A stretch of DNA of 64,000 bases, from assembly GCA_963701965.1 (NCBI GenBank), contig OY969695.1, forward strand, positions 1,632,001 to 1,696,000, given 5' to 3'. Source of the stretch: an uncultured Gemmatimonadales bacterium. GTDB lineage: Bacteria; Gemmatimonadota; Gemmatimonadetes; Gemmatimonadales; Gemmatimonadaceae. The position numbers and the translations under genes were made by a program. A model generated the notes under the pieces. The model did not search any database. It saw only the letters and a list, made by a program, of their open reading frames with translations, and was not told where the DNA came from. Shown here one piece after another: positions 40,959 through 48,309 of the stretch (positions are counted from its first letter, which is position 1; each line of letters opens with the position of its first letter).

Positions 40959-42179
40959 ATGCGTGGCGAACGAATGTCTTCGAATAGCGAGCTGTTGGAC
41001 TTAGCAGATTCGGCCTTCTGTGACAGGCTAAGGTTTGCGGTCCAACGATCTAGATCGTCGGGCGCCAACACGCTCACCGCGGTCTGTCGATCAGCGCGCG
41101 GTGCGTTTCCTACTTTGGTTGTTGAGACGCTTCGCGAGTTGGAGCCGCGCGCACCGGCGCTTCTTCAGCGCACGTGGGCCGACGACGAACCCGGGCATGT
41201 CGACTCAGCGCCACCCGCAATGCCGGAGCCTCACCCAATCGACTACGAGTGGCGGTATACGAGGTCGACCGCTGACGCGGTTGCTGCGTACGCGCAAGCT
41301 CTTCCAGGAGACATCGCTTGCGTCGGTACCCCGACAGTGTTCTGGCGTTTGCTACACTCTGGGATCAATGCGACGCTTTTTGACCGCAACGCAGACGTTT
41401 TGCAGTCGGTCGGATCTGCGCCGAAACACAACATCGTGCAGTGCGATCTGCTGGCATCATCGTGGGCGCCTCCCACAGTTGGCGCCTTCGGCGTGGTGAT
41501 TCTCGATCCACCATGGTACAGCGATCACACCCGCCTTTGGATCGCAAGAGCATTGCATTTGGTTCGACCGGGCGGGCGCCTGCTGGTCACATTGTTCCCC
41601 GAGCTCGTACGTCCGTCCGCGCACACCGAACGGCTTGAGCTGTTGGAATTGATGGAGTCCATCGGGAGAGTTAGTACACTGCCGTTTCCGGCCCTGTACG
41701 CGACCCCACGTTTCGAGAAGGAAACTCTAGACGCGCTAGGTTTTGCCGGTCTCGGGCAGTGGCGTTCTGGCGATCTGCTGGAAGTCGCCATCAATGCCAA
41801 CCCGCCAGCTATTGGTGCCGGCACGCCCTCAGAATCCACCTGGGATCGCGTTCAGCTCGGTACCCAGGTCGTCGCGGTTCGACGAGACGTGCCGAAATTG
41901 GGGCCGAGCGATTCAAAAGCTCAGCCGCTCAAAGTATCGCCGGTAATGCGAGATGGGTCCTACCTCTTGAAATCCGTCAGCGCAAGGGACGCGACGCGGT
42001 GTGACATCTACCTTTGGACCTCGCGCAATCGTGCGTTACGCGCCGACAATGGCGCGCCGACTCTGCTGCCATTCCTCCAGTGCTTGGAACGTGGCGAATC
42101 ACCTCGGACAGCTATCGACGCCGCGCCCCACGGCGACCGCAGAGCCCTCGAAATCGTCGTCGCCGTGATCGGCTGGTAG
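40959..42179 (+). CDS. SAM-dependent amino-methyltransferase-like protein (DPPW motif)
   Basis: IACVGTPT (motif I-like), LFDRN, VVILDPPWY (motif IV) and LVRPGG motifs. Start uncertain (40929/40959/40974). Confidence 0.7.
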   Translation: MRGERMSSNSELLDLADSAFCDRLRFAVQRSRSSGANTLTAVCRSARGAFPTLVVETLRELEPRAPALLQRTWADDEPGHVDSAPPAMPEPHPIDYEWRYTRSTADAVAAYAQALPGDIACVGTPTVFWRLLHSGINATLFDRNADVLQSVGSAPKHNIVQCDLLASSWAPPTVGAFGVVILDPPWYSDHTRLWIARALHLVRPGGRLLVTLFPELVRPSAHTERLELLELMESIGRVSTLPFPALYATPRFEKETLDALGFAGLGQWRSGDLLEVAINANPPAIGAGTPSESTWDRVQLGTQVVAVRRDVPKLGPSDSKAQPLKVSPVMRDGSYLLKSVSARDATRCDIYLWTSRNRALRADNGAPTLLPFLQCLERGESPRTAIDAAPHGDRRALEIVVAVIGW

Positions 42180-42207
42180 CGCAATTGACACCGAGCTCAT
42201 CCTGTAT

Positions 42208-42243
42208 TTGACATTGGTCCGACACAACGATATTGTTGTGTCG
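42208..42243 (+). promoter_or_regulatory. Sigma70-type promoter with overlapping palindromic operator; probably a leaderless transcript
   Basis: TTGACA (42208), 17-bp spacer, TATTGT (42231). Perfect inverted repeat CGACACAAC-N6-GTTGTGTCG (42220-42243). GTG start lies 6 nt after the -10 box. Confidence 0.75.
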
Positions 42244-42680
42244 TGATTCCGCCTTTTGGCGTGAGCGGGAATCTTCCGCCCGGTATTCATGTTGCGACGT
42301 GGGACGAGGTGACAACTCGGCTGGGTGCTACTTCCCAGCGCCGACGGCTTGTCGCCGGTCTGCGACTGGGATTAGCCCAACTTCGACTCGCTGGCTGCGC
42401 GCGGGCTTACATAGACGGAAGTTTTGCGTCGAGTGAACCGACTCCGGGCGATTTCGACGTCTGCTACGAAACGCGCGGTATGGATCCGCAGTTTCTCGAT
42501 CCCGTGTTCTTCGACCAACGATCCAACCGCGCCGCGCAGAAGGCCAAGTACGGCGGCGAATTCTTCCCGAGTTTATTCCCGGCTGCGGTGGGGTACACGT
42601 TTCTTCAATTCTTCCAGGTGGATAAGCGCACCGGCGACGCCAAAGGCATCGTGGCCATAGATCCGAGGGACGTGCCATGA
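42243..42680 (+). CDS. DUF6932-like minimal nucleotidyltransferase (Pol-beta fold)
   Basis: GNLPPGIH, YIDGSFASSEPTPGDFDV (GS...DxD), FFQVDK and KGIV motifs. Confidence 0.85.
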   Translation: MIPPFGVSGNLPPGIHVATWDEVTTRLGATSQRRRLVAGLRLGLAQLRLAGCARAYIDGSFASSEPTPGDFDVCYETRGMDPQFLDPVFFDQRSNRAAQKAKYGGEFFPSLFPAAVGYTFLQFFQVDKRTGDAKGIVAIDPRDVP

Positions 42681-44196
42681 TCAAGAATGAGCGACAGTAT
42701 CGAATTGCTACGGCCGAAGCCGCGCGTTTCAGCGAGGCTCTAGCCTCACGTCCTAACGCGCCTCCGGAGAACTCGGACATCGATCCACGCTTTTGGGACG
42801 CGGAAACGGAAGCCATGCACGCGCAGCTAGAGGAGCTACGCGCAGAGCTTTCAGCGTACGATGCCCTGCAGAGCGGAACTCACCGACTCTTCGACGTGCG
42901 TGGTTGGCAAGACGTGCCGCGCGCACTCGTGCAAGGTCGCATCGCTATGGGGCTGACCCAGAAGGATCTTGCAGAGCGCCTTGAACTTCCCGAACAGACG
43001 ATTCAACGGTACGAAGCGACCGAGTATGCGGCTGCCAGTTTGTGGCGACCCGTGATATCGCGACAGCGCTAGGTCTCGAACTGTCCGGTTTCACTATCGC
43101 GCCTGATGCGGAGCCAACGCCATCACGCTTTTTCGAGCATCTCAAGGAAATCGGACTTGATAGACGTATCGTCTCCGAGAATCTCCTCCCACCGGCGCTC
43201 GCATCAGCTATGCTCGCACCAGCCAAGGCTAGGACCAAGATATATGGCGCAGTAATGCAAGTCGCTGGTCTCGTAGAGCGTATTTTCGGTATTCCTCCTT
43301 CGGTGTTATTCGGCAACGAGCCTCTAACAGCATTTGTGGTCCCAGCGACTGCGGCCAGATTCAAACGACCTAAGGTCCGAACAAAGGCGAACGTCGATCG
43401 CCAAGCAATCACCGACGGTTACACGTTTTTTGTACACTATCTCGCGTTGCTAGTACTGGAGACAACGAGCCATTTACCGCGCGAACCGGTTCCAGAGTCG
43501 CCTCAAGAATGGCGCAGTCGGATTCTGAGGCAATTTGGCAGCTTGGAATTCGAGCATGTCGTACAGTTCTTTTGGAGCGTCGGAATTCCAATCCTTCCGC
43601 TGAGGGACAGCGGGATTTTTCATGGAGCTTGCTAGCGTATCGGCGGGCACGAAGTCATCGTGCTAAAGCAACGCACGCTTTCGGAGGATCGATGGACGCT
43701 GGATGTGCTCCACGAGGGTGGCCATATTGTCCAAGAGCCCCTTAGCGAATCGTTTCAGATTCTCGAGGACGAAACTCCCTGGTTTGATGATCCGAGAGAA
43801 CAGAACGCTACACGCTTTGCCAGCGAGATCTTACTGGACGGGAAAGCGGATGCTATGGCAGAGCGCGCGGTCAATTTAGCGAATAACAATGTTCGTTTTC
43901 TCGAGCGCGCCGTGCGAAGAATTGCGGACGAAGCCAGCGTACCGCTCGGTGTGCTGGCGAACTATCTAGCCTATCGGATTGCCGCGGATACACGGGATGC
44001 TTCCGAGCCGATTAACTGGTGGCCAAGTGCGGCACGTCTGCAACGTCAACGGAATGATCCATGGAAGATTGCACGCGACGCGCTTCTTGAGCATGCAGAT
44101 TTTGCTAGACTGAATCCAATTGATCGAGACCTGCTTGTTCGGGCTCTCATGGACCCTACTGTAGAACCCGCGGCGAAGGGAGGAACCAACACATGA
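42677..44196 (+). CDS. XRE-family HTH fused to ImmA/IrrE-like Zn metallopeptidase; 1-bp frameshift near 43050 and in-frame TAG at 43633
   Basis: MIKNERQY, GLTQKDLAERL...IQRYE (HTH). ORFs 43042..43635 and 43660..44196 share one frame (FHGAC*RIGGHEVIVLKQ). HEGGH and downstream E (REQNATRFA) present. Confidence 0.8.
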
Positions 44197-44927
44197 CCGA
44201 TGCGCCAAATAAGCTAAAGATCTCGTGCGGCACGGTCGATTGTGAGAATGGACTTCACTGTTATCTACGCACGAAGCGTGAGGCTCAGAAAGCAAGCCGA
44301 CAAGTTCGGTCAACGAGAGCGATCAACGGGACAAACGCGGCTGAAATGAATAGCAGTTCAGAGGTGGCATCGCCCAAGACCGCTGGATTTGATACTGGCC
44401 TGTCAATTGGAGATGTGGTTCAAAAGAGAGCGACATCACGACAATGTAAGGCCTGCGGCGTGAATCTTGTGGACTGGGAGCGCATCGGACAACGCGATAT
44501 CCGCAATGTGAAGCACACGTTTCAAGCCATGCGTACCGAGTGGATTCGGCACTATTTCTGGCACGTATCCATCGACAGCGTGGCAGTAGACTACGCATTC
44601 CGCAAAGGGAAACAGCAATTACGCGAACGCCTAGCAGGTCGTATTCGAAGTGCAATTGGAAAGTCAGCAGATCAACTCTTCCGCAATGGTGCGCAGACGC
44701 CGCTAGGCACAACCCCGAGGGCAGAGAATATCATGTACTTTGCGCAACATGCGACGGCGAGCTGCTGCCGCAAATGCGTTGAAGAATGGCACTCGATACC
44801 CCGGAATCGAGTCTTGTCAAACGAGGACATCGAATATCTCACAGACTTGGGTATGTGCTACATACTGGAGCGACTACCAACACTGCCGGAGGACGCAGCT
44901 GCAGTTTCCACTTCGGACGGCGAGTGA
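44193..44927 (+). CDS. DUF4186-like protein with extra N-terminal Cys/His cluster
   Basis: GAQTP, AQHATASCCRKCVEEWHSIP and LSNEDIEY motifs; N-terminal CxxxxCxxxxHC...CKAC. Confidence 0.8.
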   Translation: MTDAPNKLKISCGTVDCENGLHCYLRTKREAQKASRQVRSTRAINGTNAAEMNSSSEVASPKTAGFDTGLSIGDVVQKRATSRQCKACGVNLVDWERIGQRDIRNVKHTFQAMRTEWIRHYFWHVSIDSVAVDYAFRKGKQQLRERLAGRIRSAIGKSADQLFRNGAQTPLGTTPRAENIMYFAQHATASCCRKCVEEWHSIPRNRVLSNEDIEYLTDLGMCYILERLPTLPEDAAAVSTSDGE

Positions 44928-45033
44928 CAGCGAATCGCTGGAGTGAGGCTAGCTCGTTTGTGCGCTCATACCCGATGCTTGTCATGCGGCAGTTGATTGA
45001 ACACGCTGACTCAAAGATTGTCGGAAGGACTAG

Positions 45034-46002
45034 ATGAGCCCACGCGGAGTGATCAAGACAGATTCGTATTCCGCTGAACTTCGAGCACGAGCTATCGACC
45101 TAACTCAAAAGCGCGTGCTCATCGCTGATTTGCGCGGGAGCCAACAAGCAAAGGATCTAACCGTTCCGCCAAACTGCAGTGGCTACGGCAGGATCCGTCA
45201 TTTTTCTAGAAGGACGATACCTGACTGGCCACCGAACTCATTGCCGATCGACCCGGCTTGTGCGGCACTTGGCTTGTCCCGCTCGGATGCTCTCAATGCC
45301 CAAGTGTTTCAGAATGCGGCCTGCAATTGGCGTTGCTGGTACTGCTATGTTCCGTACGAACTCCTGTCCGCCGATTCGAAGCGGGGCGCCTGGCTTTCGG
45401 CCGATGATATATTGGACCTGTATTTAAAGGAGCCTGAACAGGCTCGAGTCATCGATTTGAGTGGCGGCCAGCCCGACCTGGTGCCCGAGTGGTTGCAATG
45501 GATGGTGGAAGCGGTTGAATCGCGTGGGCTTGAGAAGCAAGTCTATCTGTGGTCGGACGACAATCTCAGCAACGACTACTACTGGCAGTATTTGACGGAA
45601 CACGCTAGGGAAGCAATTTCCTCCGCGCGCAACTATGGCCGCGTATGCTGCTTCAAGGGATTTGATGATCGGTCATTCTCATTCAACACTCAGGCGGCAT
45701 CAGACTTGTTTAGTCGACAATTCGAACTGTTCGGCCGCCTCATGTCCGAAGGGATTGATCTATACGCTTATATGACGTTCACGACGCCTTATTCGAATGG
45801 CATCGCAGACGCCATGACGCGTTTCGTCGATCGCCTGCAGGAACTTAGCCCCAACCTTCCCTTGCGCGCCGTGCCGTTAGAGATTCGTCCGTACACGCCA
45901 ATGCAAGCTCGCATTGGCCCGCAGGAGGAACGTGCACTCGATCTTCAGCGAGTCGCGTGCGAAGCTTGGCTGCGGGAGATCGACCGACGTTTTCTCGGCT
46001 AG
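45034..46002 (+). CDS. Radical SAM enzyme of unknown substrate
   Basis: CNWRCWYC (CxxxCxxC) at 45322-45345; DLSGGQP (GGE-motif variant). Confidence 0.9.
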   Translation: MSPRGVIKTDSYSAELRARAIDLTQKRVLIADLRGSQQAKDLTVPPNCSGYGRIRHFSRRTIPDWPPNSLPIDPACAALGLSRSDALNAQVFQNAACNWRCWYCYVPYELLSADSKRGAWLSADDILDLYLKEPEQARVIDLSGGQPDLVPEWLQWMVEAVESRGLEKQVYLWSDDNLSNDYYWQYLTEHAREAISSARNYGRVCCFKGFDDRSFSFNTQAASDLFSRQFELFGRLMSEGIDLYAYMTFTTPYSNGIADAMTRFVDRLQELSPNLPLRAVPLEIRPYTPMQARIGPQEERALDLQRVACEAWLREIDRRFLG

Positions 46003-46053
46003 CGAGCGCAATGTACCGATCAATGCCGTCGCGTTGCGACCGACCAGGATCCC

Positions 46054-46593
46054 GTGATCGACTTCGGACTGCTACAAGAGGCGGTTCGAGCAGATTCATA
46101 TTGGTCGGCGTACCTACGGAGCTCGGGCGAGCGTCAGGCAATTCGGATGCACCTTGCGATCTTCGTTGAGCCTTTTCTTGGCTTTGTTCTCGATGGCAGC
46201 AAGACGATCGAATCGAGATTTAGCGTCAACGCGACCGCCCCATACGGCCGCGTCTCCCGCGGTGACGTGGTTCTTCTCAAGCGATCTGGTGGGCCAATTT
46301 GTGGCATATGTCAGGCTGCCAATGTCTGGTACTATGAGCTCGACAAACGTGCCTGGCGTGAGATTCGTCGTCGATTTGCGACAGCCTTGCGACTCAATGC
46401 GCCTGACCTCAAGGATCGTTGCAATCGCGCCAGCTACGCCACTCTTATTCGCCTAAAGCACGTCTCGCCGACGCTGCCTATTGGCGTTGCGAAACGCGAT
46501 AGACGCGGGTGGGTCGTTCTGACAGAATCGAACCATCTGCTCAACCTGTTCGAATATTCGGAATGTCGGCAGGCTATTCGATACTCTCGTTGA
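46054..46593 (+). CDS. ASCH (PUA-like) domain protein
   Basis: HLAIFVEPFL...LDGSKTIESRF (GxKxxExR), GDVVLLK and RDRRGW motifs. Confidence 0.85.
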   Translation: MIDFGLLQEAVRADSYWSAYLRSSGERQAIRMHLAIFVEPFLGFVLDGSKTIESRFSVNATAPYGRVSRGDVVLLKRSGGPICGICQAANVWYYELDKRAWREIRRRFATALRLNAPDLKDRCNRASYATLIRLKHVSPTLPIGVAKRDRRGWVVLTESNHLLNLFEYSECRQAIRYSR

Positions 46594-46707
46594 TTGGAGC
46601 AAGAGTGGTGAGCGTTCTCGCGCCACGTCGTGCATTCTTGTAGCTAGAAGATAGCCGTCGAGGAATACCCGGTTTCAGTTCACATCTTCGCTAGGTAATC
46701 GTCTCAG

Positions 46708-47289
46708 ATGAGGTTGACTGTTATTGGGATCGCGGGGCATGCCAAGAGTGGCAAGAGCACGTTGGCTCAGGCGTTATCGGATCGACTGGCGCTTCCACGC
46801 GTTAGCTTCGGGACCGAAATACGAAAGATTGCTGGAGAACGCGGCGAGCCCGTCACGGACCCAGCACGCGCGACCGAAAGAGCGGTGCTCATGCGTCACG
46901 GAGAACATCTCGTTGCGCATGAGACGGAAATGCTCTGCCGTCGGGTTATCGCCCAAGCAAACTGGAGAGAAAGAGGGGGCGTCATCATAGACGGCATACG
47001 ACATGTCGTCGTCGTAGAGACTCTTCGTCGAATTCTATCGCCGGTGTCGCTGTTCTTGATTCTGGTTAACACCTCCGCGAACGAACGCGAGCAGCGTTTC
47101 GTCGACGCCGGGCTGGGTCCTTTGACACGCGCCGTCATGGACGCTCATTCAACTGAGCGCGAAATTCCAGACGAGATCGCGTTACTCGCGGATCAAGTAG
47201 TCGACGGAGCAGTTGACGCCAGCGTCACTGTGGACGCGGTAGTCGCAGCTATCGAAGCACGGTCCTTGTCGCGCGGCGTGCCTGATTGA
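46708..47289 (+). CDS. P-loop nucleotide kinase-like protein (NMP/dephospho-CoA kinase fold)
   Basis: VIGIAGHAKSGKST (Walker A), SFGTEIR, VIIDGIRH and HSTE motifs. Confidence 0.85.
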   Translation: MRLTVIGIAGHAKSGKSTLAQALSDRLALPRVSFGTEIRKIAGERGEPVTDPARATERAVLMRHGEHLVAHETEMLCRRVIAQANWRERGGVIIDGIRHVVVVETLRRILSPVSLFLILVNTSANEREQRFVDAGLGPLTRAVMDAHSTEREIPDEIALLADQVVDGAVDASVTVDAVVAAIEARSLSRGVPD

Positions 47290-47313
47290 GCAAACCTACC
47301 CTTTCGAACGCAT

Positions 47314-48309
47314 CTAGTACGGTATACTGAAGTCCTCGTGCACAACGATCGAGGCGAATTCGTGCACGCCGTTTGGTCTCACCCAGTAGTGTAGGTGGAA
47401 CTCGTAATCAATGTCGCGACGCCACGCGCGTGCACCGTCAGTTTGGCGAACTAGGTCCGGGTCGTTGCCGCCGTTGCCGGTCCGGAGTCAATGTGGCTTC
47501 CCAGTGTTCAACTGCAATAGTGTATCAGCGCTCGCGTTCAGCAGTCGCTCGATCTTGGCAGTCTCATGACAGAAACCAAGGGCCTGTGCGGACTGCAGAA
47601 ATTCGGACCCTAGAGCACAAATAACATTGATCGGCCAGATAAGTGCACCGCCCTGCATGGCCTGGCGTTGAGCAGTTCGCATCTCGATCGCAGCTCGCTC
47701 GCAACCTGACAGTTGCCAAAGCGCGGAAGCACTCTCCAGACCAATGAAGCCGGCCAAATTCTCAACCAGCGCGGCGTCGATACGATACTCCGTCTCTTCT
47801 GGCTCATTCGTTTCCACGCGCTGGATAAGAGCTGAGCCCATCACAGTGACCGCAAATGTTGTGTTTGCGGTACCTCGCGTCCACACAATCGGGTCCCTAC
47901 CTCCAGCTTGCTCCTGTCGGAACGCCGCCAACCCCAGGAGGTGGTGATGGTGTTCAATGAACAATTGCGGTCGATTGACAAGATGCGAGTCGGGATTGCA
48001 TGCGGATGTTACGCATACCAATTCGACGACTTGTGCGACGTCTTCGGCGGTGGTGCCGCCTAGCAAGGAGTAGACCAGGGTGACGATATCGTGGCGCGCA
48101 ATCTCGCGAGAATGCGGGCCTCCAACCCAGACCGGATAACTCTGTGTTTTTGCGAGGAGTTCGCTGGCATCAGCGGCGGAAACGATTCTCACCCATCGCT
48201 GCTGCTGCAATCGCCGCAACTCCAACAGTTGTGATACGTATTCGTCTCTTGCGGCGGTCGTGTCGGAATCGAGCGCGACAGCATACGCGTCAAGATACAC
48301 ATCAGGCAT
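47314..48309 (-). CDS. ATPase-associated effector with putative C-terminal RelE-like domain; in-frame TGA at 47488-47490
   Basis: The start overlaps the ATPase stop. After the TGA the same frame continues LRTGNGGNDP...AWRRDIDYEFHLHYW...EFASIVVHEDFSIPY*. Confidence 0.65.

Noticed and set aside
45034..46002. Calling the radical SAM gene a prokaryotic viperin
   Set aside because: The kinase neighbour is suggestive, but the motifs (GGQP, WSDDN) do not match what I recognise for viperins; a profile search is needed.
43633..47490. Selenocysteine or pyrrolysine recoding of the in-frame TGA and TAG
   Set aside because: No recoding machinery or convincing insertion element is visible; both stops are more simply explained as changes from TGG.
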